In this document: piece by piece, positions 1 to 9,148 of the stretch
Position numbering within the stretch: the stretch's first letter is position 1
How the letters are laid out: every line of letters starts with the position of its first letter
Origin: Candidatus Vogelbacteria bacterium
Lineage (GTDB): Bacteria; Patescibacteriota; Minisyncoccia; Phycocordibacterales; XYD1-FULL-46-19
Assembly (NCBI GenBank): GCA_903864935.1
Contig: CAIPHT010000006.1
Coordinates: forward strand, 37,129-101,128
Length of the DNA: 64,000 bases
Direction of reading: 5' to 3'
Notes under the pieces: generated by a model
What the model was told of the DNA's origin: nothing
Seen by the model: only the letters and a program-made list of their open reading frames with translations
The model's database searches: none
Program-made: the position numbers and the translations under genes

Positions 1-2
1 AT

Positions 3-509
3 ATCAAGACAGGGGAGCAGTCCGTAGCCGGACAAGCCACTGTCTCAATGATTAATTCGGGACTCTTCCAAATTGAGAGTTATGTCCCCGAAATTTATAT
101 TGCTAATTTAAAGGTGGGTAACCAAGCCGAAGTCACCCTTGATGCCTATGGCCCCGAGACCAAATTCTCAGCTCAAGTTATCTCCATTGATCCGGCCGAA
201 ACTCTTCGTGACGGCATCTCCACCTACAAAGTTAAATTACAGTTTTCTAAAGATGATGCGAGAATCAAACCGGGAATGACAGCCAACTTGCTCATTACCG
301 CCCTCAAGAAGCCTAATACGATATCTGTCCCAGCGGCGGCAATTATCACGCGAGGGAGCCAAAAATTTGTTGAAGTGGCCACCGGCACGGAAGGTAAAAA
401 TGTTGAGAAATTAATTACCACTGGCGAATTGGGTGCTCTCGGTCAAACCGAGATCTTAAGTGGGCTCATCACTGGCGATCAAGTTATTCTTAATCCTCAA
501 ACAAAATAA
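3..509 (+). CDS. Efflux transporter periplasmic adaptor (MacA/HlyD family), 5'-partial
   Basis: Frame is open from the window start. Has VPEIYIANLKVG, IKPGMTA and EILSGL motifs and precedes an ABC permease and ATPase. Confidence 0.85.
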   Translation: MKTGEQSVAGQATVSMINSGLFQIESYVPEIYIANLKVGNQAEVTLDAYGPETKFSAQVISIDPAETLRDGISTYKVKLQFSKDDARIKPGMTANLLITALKKPNTISVPAAAIITRGSQKFVEVATGTEGKNVEKLITTGELGALGQTEILSGLITGDQVILNPQTK

Positions 510-511
510 TC

Positions 512-1768
512 ATGTTTTCGGCTCTTAATTACCGCATCGGCTTCTTCCTCGCTGTGCGTCAGATCAGACGGTCAAGCATTTGGACCAATACCCTTATTGT
601 CTCAGTGATGATTCTTACCTTTCTTAACCTGGTGGTGGTATCGGGCATTTTGGTCGGCTTAATTCAAGGCGCCGTTGACGCAGTGCGACTTCATTACACC
701 AGCGACATCATCATCTCCACTCCGACAAGCAAATCATCAATTGAGAACAGCCCCGCCGTTATCGCGGCTTTGGCGGCCGACCCTCGGATCGACAGTTACT
801 CCTCACGCTATCTAGAGGGAGCAACCGTTGAAGCTGGCTACAAAGAACAACACAAAGATAATGAGAAACCCAATATCGCCTCAGCTGGTGTCTCGGGCAT
901 TAATCCGCAAACTGAAGACCGAGTAACTGGGCTCTCGACTTACCTAGTTGAAGGATCATATCTTCTTCCCACTGATTATGACCAAGTTCTTGTTGGTGCT
1001 TATTTGTTAAAAAAATATCTCCCTATCGACAGCCCTGGTTTCTCAACCCTTGAAGGTGTCGCCCCAGGGACGAAGATACGACTCACGCTAAACGGTGTCC
1101 AACGCGAAGTCACCGTTAAGGGAATTATCAAGAGTAAAATCGATGAGATTAATATGCGTATCTTTATGACTGACTCACAACTCCGAAGTCTGGCCGGGCG
1201 AAGCACTTATAACGTCAACGAGATCGCCGTTAAATTAAAGCCTGGGGTTGATCCCAACGCCGTTCGTGATGCGCTTATCGGTCAGGGCCTCTCTCGTGTG
1301 GCCAAAGTCCAGACTTACGCCGACGCTGAACCAAAATTTATTAAAGATATGATTGCCACCTTTGCTCTCTTGGGCAACATGATTAGCTCAATTGGTTTGG
1401 TTGTCGCTTCGATCACCATCTTTATCGTTATCTTTATCAACGCCATTACTAGACGCAAGTTTATTGGGATTCTGAAGGGTATAGGCATCTCCGGTGAAGC
1501 CATTGAGATTTCTTACATCCTCCAATCTTTCTTCTACGCTATTACTGGTTCAATTATCGGCCTTATCATTGTTTATGCTGTCTTACAACCCTTAATTGCC
1601 GCGCACCCTATCAATTTTCCCTTTAGCGATGGTATCTTGGTAGCCCCCTTATCCTCGACCTTCCTCCGAATGAGTCTATTAATTGTCGCCACCATCTTCG
1701 CCGGCTATATACCAGCACGCATGATTGTACGCAAAAATACTTTAGACTCAATTTTAGGTAGAAATTAG
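512..1768 (+). CDS. ABC transporter permease, MacB/FtsX family
   Basis: N-terminal TM, large extracytoplasmic domain, three C-terminal TMs, RRKFIGILKGIG motif. Confidence 0.9.
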   Translation: MFSALNYRIGFFLAVRQIRRSSIWTNTLIVSVMILTFLNLVVVSGILVGLIQGAVDAVRLHYTSDIIISTPTSKSSIENSPAVIAALAADPRIDSYSSRYLEGATVEAGYKEQHKDNEKPNIASAGVSGINPQTEDRVTGLSTYLVEGSYLLPTDYDQVLVGAYLLKKYLPIDSPGFSTLEGVAPGTKIRLTLNGVQREVTVKGIIKSKIDEINMRIFMTDSQLRSLAGRSTYNVNEIAVKLKPGVDPNAVRDALIGQGLSRVAKVQTYADAEPKFIKDMIATFALLGNMISSIGLVVASITIFIVIFINAITRRKFIGILKGIGISGEAIEISYILQSFFYAITGSIIGLIIVYAVLQPLIAAHPINFPFSDGILVAPLSSTFLRMSLLIVATIFAGYIPARMIVRKNTLDSILGRN

Positions 1769-1772
1769 CATT

Positions 1773-2441
1773 ATGATTGAAACAAAGAATTTAAAAAGAT
1801 CTTTTAAGAATGGTGAGGCCGAGACGCTCGTCCTGAAGGGAGTTGACCTGCGTGTCGAGACGGGTGAGTTTGTGGCCATTATGGGCCGTTCAGGGGCCGG
1901 TAAGAGCACCTTAATGTATCAGATCAGCCTCTTAGATGAACCGACCTCGGGCGAAATCAAAATTGACGACGTTGACACTCATCTAATGAGCCCTGAAGAA
2001 AAAACTCAATTCCGTTTACAGAAGCTCGGCTACGTCTTCCAAGATTACGCTTTAATTCCTGAATTAACTGCTCTAGAGAATGTCGTTCTGCCACTTCTTA
2101 TGAGAGGCATGGGCAAGAAAGAAGCTTACCTCTTAGCTGCCGAGTCATTAGAGAAAGTGGGGCTCAGGGATCATATCAAACAACTTCCCAGTCAACTCTC
2201 AGGTGGAGAGCAACAACGCGCGAGCATTGCTCGAGCCATCGCCCACAAACCAGACATTCTCTTTGCTGATGAACCAACTGCCAATCTTGATAATGAATCC
2301 TCTAAGACGGTTATGTCCCTATTTTTAGAACTTCACAAAGAGGGTCAGACCATTGTGATGGTCACTCACGAAGAACAATACGGCAGAATGGCCGAGAAAA
2401 TTATCCGCATCGACGACGGTCAAATAATTGGTATCGAATAA
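1773..2441 (+). CDS. ABC transporter ATP-binding protein (LolD/MacB-like)
   Basis: Walker A GRSGAGKST, signature LSGGEQQR, Walker B ILFADEPT. Confidence 0.95.
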   Translation: MIETKNLKRSFKNGEAETLVLKGVDLRVETGEFVAIMGRSGAGKSTLMYQISLLDEPTSGEIKIDDVDTHLMSPEEKTQFRLQKLGYVFQDYALIPELTALENVVLPLLMRGMGKKEAYLLAAESLEKVGLRDHIKQLPSQLSGGEQQRASIARAIAHKPDILFADEPTANLDNESSKTVMSLFLELHKEGQTIVMVTHEEQYGRMAEKIIRIDDGQIIGIE

Positions 2442-2442
2442 C

Positions 2443-2477
2443 AAAACCCCTTGCCCGAACGATGTCGAGCAAGAGGT
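2443..2477. terminator. Hairpin between convergent genes
   Basis: aaaaccccttgcccgaacgatgtcgagcaagagg, an imperfect stem with an A-run. Confidence 0.55.
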
Positions 2478-3469
2478 CAGTAAAAGTAATCCTCCTCTTC
2501 GTCATTTCCTTCATCCTCAGGAACCGGAGGCAGACTCTCAGTTGGGACAACGACGACGGGCTTAGCCGGGAGGGGTGGATATATCTCCACAACCAGATGA
2601 CCATTTTTCTCGTGATTGACACGAAGTTGCAGGTCCTTAACACGCTTCTCAACACTACCCAGCTCTAAAGCCTTAGCTGCTCGCCGATGAGCAAGGGTTG
2701 GCAGGTGATCCCAACCGACAATCTTGGCAAGATGCTCCATGTGGGGGTATTTTGTCCCACCCGGTAAACGTAGGAGTGTCTCGACAACAACGTGCAAGGG
2801 CATCCCTGAATCAGCCAATCTGGCTAGTACCGGCTGAGCGCGTTTAAGCCGAGAGAATCTTTCGAGGGAGCGTCCATCTTGTGGGTAAGTCGACAGGCAC
2901 ATATCAATATACCAGGCCAGATCGTTCATCTGCCCCTGCAATTGCTTGTTTCGATTCAACTCGACCCAGCAAGCATCCCTGACGAACTCTTCGTCTCGGA
3001 GGTCAAAGCAGAAGCGAGCCCCACGAGGAAAATCTTGACGCACATCTTTGGTTTGGAGTTCCTGGCGAGTTCGTCGGTAATAATGTTTGTTAACAGTTAT
3101 ACCGAAGGTCCTATTCTTCCAACCAGAGACAGTTTTCTCGGCCAGCTCGTTTAGCTTAGACCAAACAAGCGGTGCGACAATCCGATACTGTGCCTCAGAA
3201 AGTCGAAAGAGTTTGTGCCGAGTATTCGGTCCAGCATTACTCCGCCGGTATGGTCGAGATCGCCAGAAGCCAATCTCACAAAGCAAGGCCTCGTTTGTCC
3301 TCCCAACTCGAGAATCTAGAGATCTTTCGCCTGGGCCAATTATTGCAATAACACTTAAGGCCCCTTTCGGATTTTCGGCTTGAGAGACAGACCCGTTACT
3401 GTAAATCTCCCACACAAAACGAGCGTGCCGTTGAACTTTAACGATGTCGTCAGCAATCTGCTTAAGCAT
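2477..3469 (-). CDS. Hypothetical accessory protein, 330 aa
   Basis: Long ORF with strong SD GAAAGGAGGTGA and an acidic tail. No family recognised. Confidence 0.75.
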   Translation of the reverse strand: MLKQIADDIVKVQRHARFVWEIYSNGSVSQAENPKGALSVIAIIGPGERSLDSRVGRTNEALLCEIGFWRSRPYRRSNAGPNTRHKLFRLSEAQYRIVAPLVWSKLNELAEKTVSGWKNRTFGITVNKHYYRRTRQELQTKDVRQDFPRGARFCFDLRDEEFVRDACWVELNRNKQLQGQMNDLAWYIDMCLSTYPQDGRSLERFSRLKRAQPVLARLADSGMPLHVVVETLLRLPGGTKYPHMEHLAKIVGWDHLPTLAHRRAAKALELGSVEKRVKDLQLRVNHEKNGHLVVEIYPPLPAKPVVVVPTESLPPVPEDEGNDEEEDYFY

Positions 3470-3590
3470 AATTCACCTCCTTTCGAGAGTGTGTTGTAGT
3501 TCACAAAGACCTAATTTTTCCTACCCCCAACTTACCATAAATTCAATTTTTCTGGCAATGGAAAAGCGCCACCCCAAGGGGCGACGCTTG

Positions 3591-4829
3591 TCAAGAGTCC
3601 AAACTCTTCTCGAGGATATCAAGAAGTTTTTGCTCTGTTGATGGAGACAAAGGAGGATTTGCTCTTATCATTACCTTTGCCTTAGTGACAGAAGAACTTT
3701 TCTTTCTCCCTGTGAAAATCAAGGTGTCTTCGAGGCCTGGCAAGACTAGTTGTTTAGGGAGAAGGCAGGGAACCCTTTTTACCCTAACCATCACACCCCA
3801 GCGATAGTACGGGCCAGACGGCGCAACGTAGTGGCAACACTTTTCTACTGGGCAGAACTGGCAAGGGTCACGATAGCCAACCGGCCAGTCTTCCAGTTTG
3901 AATTTTCGCGATGGAGGGGCTTTAGGAATGACTCTGTCCTCGCAAGAATTCTGAAAGTGATCAGCACATAGGGTGCGAGACAATACCCAAAGAGCAGGAT
4001 TTATCGCTAAATGGTCAAAGCCATTTCCAACCATAAACCATTGCGACCAACGGGCAACCAAGTCCGTTATTGTCTCACTGACTCTAAAGGCAATCTGACC
4101 TTTCCAATGATGCATTGCACCCCGTCCGCCAGGTTCATAGGGTTTAGCCAGAGAAAACTTCACAATCTTGGTTCCCTGAAGCAACCGAAGAGCGTGAAAG
4201 TCGATGGGCAATGGAGTAGCAAACACAGGAATCAAGCCAAAAGTCTGAAGCCAAATCGTAAACAACGAGAAAATCTTGCGTCTAATACCTTTCAAACCTT
4301 TAGATTTGCCGACTTCCCTGTAGTCTACTCGAGAAAAGGCTTCTTCAAAATCCTCAACACAGTTGAAGACATTAAGGACATTCCCGTCCCAGACTTCTTG
4401 AATTACTCGAGCGTTGTGTCTCCACGACCGAGCAAAGTCTCGATACTTTGGCCCCATCTTACCTACACCAATTTCTAAGCCGAGAGCCAATAGAATTTCT
4501 CCAGTTACGTCACTGAACAACTCACAAATTCTCTCCTCGGTCCACGACTCAATAATCCTTCGTGGCTCAAAGAGATCGGGATGAACAAGCGCCATTTGGT
4601 CAAGCCAACGAACAGGATCGTCCGAGACCATGCCTCCACGCATTGTTATCGACGCGAAGAACAGGAAATTCGCTCTGGCCCTTGGGTCTTTGGGCAAATT
4701 GACAAAACGGCTTTCGGGCAAGACAACATCATCAAACACCCCCTCCTTCTTTTCCCACGCTTTTTGAAGGGCGGAGAAAACTCGATAAGCACGAGTCTCG
4801 TCAACGACGATACGGTTTTTCTTTTCCAT
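3591..4829 (-). CDS. HhH-GPD/endonuclease III-like protein, divergent
   Basis: GIRRKIFSLF...LPIDFHALRL resembles the HhH plus PvDtH motif; C-terminal CQFCPVEKCC is a possible Fe-S cluster motif; strong SD. Confidence 0.55.
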   Translation of the reverse strand: MEKKNRIVVDETRAYRVFSALQKAWEKKEGVFDDVVLPESRFVNLPKDPRARANFLFFASITMRGGMVSDDPVRWLDQMALVHPDLFEPRRIIESWTEERICELFSDVTGEILLALGLEIGVGKMGPKYRDFARSWRHNARVIQEVWDGNVLNVFNCVEDFEEAFSRVDYREVGKSKGLKGIRRKIFSLFTIWLQTFGLIPVFATPLPIDFHALRLLQGTKIVKFSLAKPYEPGGRGAMHHWKGQIAFRVSETITDLVARWSQWFMVGNGFDHLAINPALWVLSRTLCADHFQNSCEDRVIPKAPPSRKFKLEDWPVGYRDPCQFCPVEKCCHYVAPSGPYYRWGVMVRVKRVPCLLPKQLVLPGLEDTLIFTGRKKSSSVTKAKVMIRANPPLSPSTEQKLLDILEKSLDS

Positions 4830-4929
4830 TTTTCACCTCCTTTCGGGTAGGTTGTTGTGGATCACTTGATCCGATTGTAGAGACCTTTCCTTCCTCAAGC
4901 TAACAGATTGCCTGTTATTGTCAAAAACT

Positions 4930-4971
4930 AAGGTAATAAACCATTCACGACCGTGAATGAATTGCTACCTT
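4930..4971. repeat. Palindromic repeat family A, left flank of PaaX-like gene 1
   Basis: aaggtaataaaccattcacgaccgtgaatgaattgctacctt; other copies at 5556-5595 and 30551-30588. Confidence 0.85.
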
Positions 4972-4990
4972 GATATAAATTATCTATAAT
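4962..4990 (+). promoter_or_regulatory. Sigma70-like promoter overlapping palindrome A
   Basis: TTGCTA-17 nt-TATAAT, ending 7 nt before the ATG at 4998. Confidence 0.6.
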
Positions 4991-4997
4991 TTAAGAA

Positions 4998-5561
4998 ATG
5001 AAAAAGATTTCTAGAATAAATCACAAAGAAGTTATTTTAAGAACTATTGGCCTAGCTGGTTTACTTGCGGTCTCGGCTGTTGCCCCTGGGGTTTTGGTTC
5101 TTTATAAAAAACACAAGAAAATCCAGTATGAAAAACAGTCCAGAAATTATATAAACAGGGCAACGCAAAATCTAATCAAAGATGGTTTTGTCGAAATAAA
5201 AATTAACGAACAGGGAATAAAGTGCCTCCGTCTAACCAATCGTGGTCAAGAAGCCCTAAAGGAATACGCTTTGGCTGGGCTAGAAATCAAAAAACCTTGG
5301 CGTTGGGATCACAAATACCGGGTAATTATCTTCGATATTAAGGAATTTAAACGAGGAACGAGAGACAAACTAAGGCACTGGCTAGAACATCTTGGCTTTG
5401 TTCGCCTACAAAACAGTGTCTGGGTTTATCCCTATGATTGTCGAGAGGTCGTGATCTTACTTAAAGCTAATTTTAAAATAGGGAAAGAAGTCCTATATAT
5501 GACAGTTGATTCTATAGAAAACGATAAGTGGCTCAAGAAAGAATTTGGTCTGGCTAGGTAA
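4998..5561 (+). CDS. PaaX-like wHTH plus Cas2/VapD-like ferredoxin-fold protein
   Basis: LRLTNRG winged helix, then WDHKYRVIIFDI...LGFVRLQNSVWVYPY. Confidence 0.8.
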   Translation: MKKISRINHKEVILRTIGLAGLLAVSAVAPGVLVLYKKHKKIQYEKQSRNYINRATQNLIKDGFVEIKINEQGIKCLRLTNRGQEALKEYALAGLEIKKPWRWDHKYRVIIFDIKEFKRGTRDKLRHWLEHLGFVRLQNSVWVYPYDCREVVILLKANFKIGKEVLYMTVDSIENDKWLKKEFGLAR

Positions 5562-5595
5562 CAAACCGTTCACGGTCGTGAATGGTTTACTACCT
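5556..5595. repeat. Palindromic repeat family A, right flank (inverted)
   Basis: aggtaacaaaccgttcacggtcgtgaatggtttactacct; contains the TAA stop of the gene. Confidence 0.85.
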
Positions 5596-5648
5596 TTCTT
5601 TTTATTAAGAATTGTGATAATTTGCCAACAGAAAGGAGGTGATTAACA

Positions 5649-5984
5649 ATGTTTTTTAAAAGAAAAGCTGTTTCTGTACAACTTAAAGAGGGTGACGAGA
5701 TCCGGGTTCATAACAAGGGGATGTCTTGGGCCGTCTACTTTTATCGCTTTAACCGTCGCATAGGCGTTTGGGAGGAAATACGTTGTAGGAGCTCATTCCT
5801 TCGAATGGAAGTACCTCTCGGGGGGAGTAAGGAGGACCAAATCGCTGCAGCGAAAGGGGTGGTCGAGACCATCGCCGGATTCGCTGGTTATACCCTCTCC
5901 ACAGGGCCTAGCGAAAGGGTTGGGTGTGAAAGCGATGATCCTATTGTTCATGGTTGGGTAGGGGAACCAGTTTACAGGGTCTAA
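5649..5984 (+). CDS. Hypothetical accessory protein
   Basis: SD GAAAGGAGGTGA and a GC hairpin terminator at about 5993-6027. Confidence 0.7.
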   Translation: MFFKRKAVSVQLKEGDEIRVHNKGMSWAVYFYRFNRRIGVWEEIRCRSSFLRMEVPLGGSKEDQIAAAKGVVETIAGFAGYTLSTGPSERVGCESDDPIVHGWVGEPVYRV

Positions 5985-6077
5985 GAGGATGCCTCCGGTG
6001 CGCGCTTGCGTGCACCGGGGGATTTTTGTGAAAAAACGAAAAATTGAAATCTTCTCATTTCGTGGTAGAATTTGGAA

Positions 6078-9056
6078 ATGGAAAAAAAATCTAAATACGA
6101 TCATAAAAAGATCGAGGCCAAGTGGCAAAAGAAATGGGTAAAAGATAAAACTTACGAGACCAAGGACCCTTCGACAGGCTCAGGGCGAGCGGGAAGTAAG
6201 AAGCCCAAGGCCTATGTTCTCGACATGTTCCCATACCCCTCTGGTGACGGACTTCACGTTGGGCATCCTAAGGGCTATATTGCCACTGATATTTACTCCC
6301 GTTTCAAGCGCATGAACGGTTTTAACGTCTTGCACCCGATGGGTTGGGACGCTTTTGGTTTGCCAGCCGAGAATTATGCCATTAAGAACAAGATTAATCC
6401 TGAGGTCGCCGTTAAGAAAAATGTTAAACGCTTTAGAGAACAAATAGACAAAATTGGTTTTGATTATGATTGGTCGCATGAGATTAATACCACTGACCCC
6501 AAGTACTATAAATGGACACAATGGATTTTCTTACAATTATATAAAAAGGGGCTCGCTCATGAGTCTTGGGAGCCAATTAATTGGTGCCCATCGTGCAAGA
6601 CAGGTCTCGCCAATGAAGATCTTGAGAATGGTAAATGTGAGCGCTGTGGCTCTGAAGTAGAGAAGAAGCCCATGCGTCAATGGATTCTTAAGATTACCGA
6701 TTATGCCGAACGTTTGCTCTCCGACTTAGATGCTCTTAATTGGCCCGAATCCGTCAAGGAATCTCAACGCAATTGGATTGGCAAAAGTGAAGGTTCCGAA
6801 ATTTCCTTCCCGATCAAAACAAAATATAAGTATGTCTTACTCCACGGCTGGCGCAGTAGCTCTAAGACCTGCTTCTTCCCTTGGCTTAAGAAAGAGCTCG
6901 AGGCCGAGGGTCATGAGGTTATCGCTCTTGATATGCCTCACCCACTGCTACCTGATGTCGTAGAGCAAGCGGATTATGTTTTGTCGAAGGTCAAATTCGA
7001 TGAGAACACAATTCTTTTGGGCCACTCACTTGGTTCTGTTGTCTCTTATCGCATCTTAGAAAAACTTAAGACACCAATTCATAAATTAATTTTGGTCGCC
7101 GGTTTAATTGAGCCTAAATTCCGCGACCATGACCGCTTGCTTGCCAAGTATTTAATGAGTTGGAAATTTGATTTTGAGAAAATTAAGAAAACTGTTGGCG
7201 AAATTGTCATTCTTGAAGACAATAATGACGTTATCATCCCCGATGGCGAATCGAATGTGATAAAACAGGCCCTTGGTGGTTATAATTACCGCCTAGAGGC
7301 CGAGAAAGCCCATTTCTGCGGGACGGTTGAACCTTTGGTCTTAGAGCACAGCCTCGACAAGATCAAGGTCTTCACCACTCGGGCCGACACCTTGTTTGGT
7401 GCGACTTATTTAGTCGTGGCGCCTGAACATCCGATAATTGAGAGGTTGTCTCCTCAGATTGATAATATCAAAGAAGTTAGAAAATATGTCGCCAAGGCCA
7501 GCAAGCGAACAGAAATTGAGCGAACAGCTGAAGGCAAAGACAAAACAGGAGTTAAACTTGAAGGTCTAACAGCCATTAATCCAGTTAATAACAAAGAAAT
7601 TCCCATTTGGGTCGCCGATTATGTTCTCCCTGATTACGGCACAGGAGCAATTATGGCTGTTCCGGCTCACGACGAACGCGACTATCAGTTTGCGAAGAAA
7701 TTTAATCTGCCGGTTATCCAAGTTATTGGTGAGGACTTGCCAACCAGACTAGAAAATTGGGGGCAAGCCTATGCTGGTTATGGTAAATTAATTAATTCTG
7801 GTAATTTCACCGGGATGGAGAGTACCAAGGCGAAGGGAGCAATTACCAAACTCGCTCGGGGGCAAATGGTCACCAAATACAAACTTCGTGACTGGGTCTT
7901 CTCGCGTCAACGTTATTGGGGCGAACCGATCCCAATTATTCATTGCCCTAAGTGTGGTGTTGTGCCCGTCCCCGAGAAAGAATTACCCGTCGTTCTACCT
8001 AAAGTGAAGAGCTATGAGCCAACTGGCACAGGGGAGTCACCGCTGGCCGCTATCTCTAAGTGGGTCAATGTGAAGTGTCCGATTTGTGGCGAGAAGGCCA
8101 AACGTGAGACCAATACCATGCCTCAGTGGGCCGGGTCATCTTGGTATCATCTGCGTTATATTGATCCGAAGAATAACAAGGCTCTCGTTGATAAAAAGAA
8201 AGAGAAATATTGGTCACCGGTAGACGTGTATGTTGGTGGCACCGAGCACGCCACTCGTCACTTAATCTACGCTCGCTTCTGGCACAAATTCCTCTTCGAT
8301 ATCGGAGCGGTGAGCCAAACCGAACCTTATGCTCGACTTAAAAATCAGGGGATGATCTTGGGTGCCGACAACCGCAAAATGAGTAAGCGTTGGGGTAATG
8401 TTATTAACCCCGATGATATTGTGCGCGATTTTGGCGCTGACACTCTCCGCGTTTATGAGATGTTTATGGGACCCTTCGAGCAAGGCGCGTCATGGAGTAC
8501 TGATAACTTAATGGGCGCGAGACGCTTTGTGGAGAAAGTTTGGAGATTAAGTCAACGACTTCGCACAGCTGGTTCATCAAGTAAAGCCCTTGAGGTCTTA
8601 CTCCACAAAACTATCAAGCAAGTCACTTCAGATATCGATAATTTCAACTACAACACGGCCATCTCGGCGCTCATGATATTAACGAATGAGTGGGAAAAAG
8701 TTGGGGGCGTAACTAAAGAAGATTGGCTAATTTTTCTCAAATTATTCGCACCTTTTGCTCCGCACTTAGCCGAAGAGTTGTGGTCTAATCCGCCAGCTGG
8801 CGGAGGACAAAAAGGTTCTATCCACCTCGCCAAGTGGCCAGAATTTGATGAGAAGAAGCTCGTGAGCGACACCGTCACCCTCGTCATCCAAGTTAACGGC
8901 AAAACCAGAGAATCAATTATTGTAGACAGGGACACCTCACAAGAAGAGGCCGTAAAAATGGCTCTAAATAACGATATTATTAAAAAATGGGTGGGTGAAG
9001 TCGTACCCAAGAAGATAATTTATGTACCCAATCGTTTGCTCAATCTGGTCGTCTAA
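6078..9056 (+). CDS. leuS: Leucine--tRNA ligase with inserted alpha/beta-hydrolase domain
   Basis: MFPYPSGDGLHVGH (HIGH), VFTTRADT, GTGAIMAVPAHD, KMSKR. ATG at 6078 preferred over TTG at 6072. Confidence 0.97.
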   Translation: MEKKSKYDHKKIEAKWQKKWVKDKTYETKDPSTGSGRAGSKKPKAYVLDMFPYPSGDGLHVGHPKGYIATDIYSRFKRMNGFNVLHPMGWDAFGLPAENYAIKNKINPEVAVKKNVKRFREQIDKIGFDYDWSHEINTTDPKYYKWTQWIFLQLYKKGLAHESWEPINWCPSCKTGLANEDLENGKCERCGSEVEKKPMRQWILKITDYAERLLSDLDALNWPESVKESQRNWIGKSEGSEISFPIKTKYKYVLLHGWRSSSKTCFFPWLKKELEAEGHEVIALDMPHPLLPDVVEQADYVLSKVKFDENTILLGHSLGSVVSYRILEKLKTPIHKLILVAGLIEPKFRDHDRLLAKYLMSWKFDFEKIKKTVGEIVILEDNNDVIIPDGESNVIKQALGGYNYRLEAEKAHFCGTVEPLVLEHSLDKIKVFTTRADTLFGATYLVVAPEHPIIERLSPQIDNIKEVRKYVAKASKRTEIERTAEGKDKTGVKLEGLTAINPVNNKEIPIWVADYVLPDYGTGAIMAVPAHDERDYQFAKKFNLPVIQVIGEDLPTRLENWGQAYAGYGKLINSGNFTGMESTKAKGAITKLARGQMVTKYKLRDWVFSRQRYWGEPIPIIHCPKCGVVPVPEKELPVVLPKVKSYEPTGTGESPLAAISKWVNVKCPICGEKAKRETNTMPQWAGSSWYHLRYIDPKNNKALVDKKKEKYWSPVDVYVGGTEHATRHLIYARFWHKFLFDIGAVSQTEPYARLKNQGMILGADNRKMSKRWGNVINPDDIVRDFGADTLRVYEMFMGPFEQGASWSTDNLMGARRFVEKVWRLSQRLRTAGSSSKALEVLLHKTIKQVTSDIDNFNYNTAISALMILTNEWEKVGGVTKEDWLIFLKLFAPFAPHLAEELWSNPPAGGGQKGSIHLAKWPEFDEKKLVSDTVTLVIQVNGKTRESIIVDRDTSQEEAVKMALNNDIIKKWVGEVVPKKIIYVPNRLLNLVV

Positions 9057-9148
9057 TCCACATCAAAGTGGGGCAAGAGCGACCTTTATTAGACCACAGG
9101 TTGACAACATTTGACTTATTGTGGGTTTAATGATACAACTATATCACT

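Noticed and set aside
4998-5561. CRISPR-Cas system suggested by Cas2-like domains (also 32851-33372)
   Set aside because: No cas1, no effector gene and no regularly spaced repeat-spacer array anywhere in the window.
6820-7358. Intein in LeuRS
   Set aside because: No N-terminal Cys/Ser or C-terminal His-Asn splice motifs and no LAGLIDADG; the insert has hydrolase motifs.
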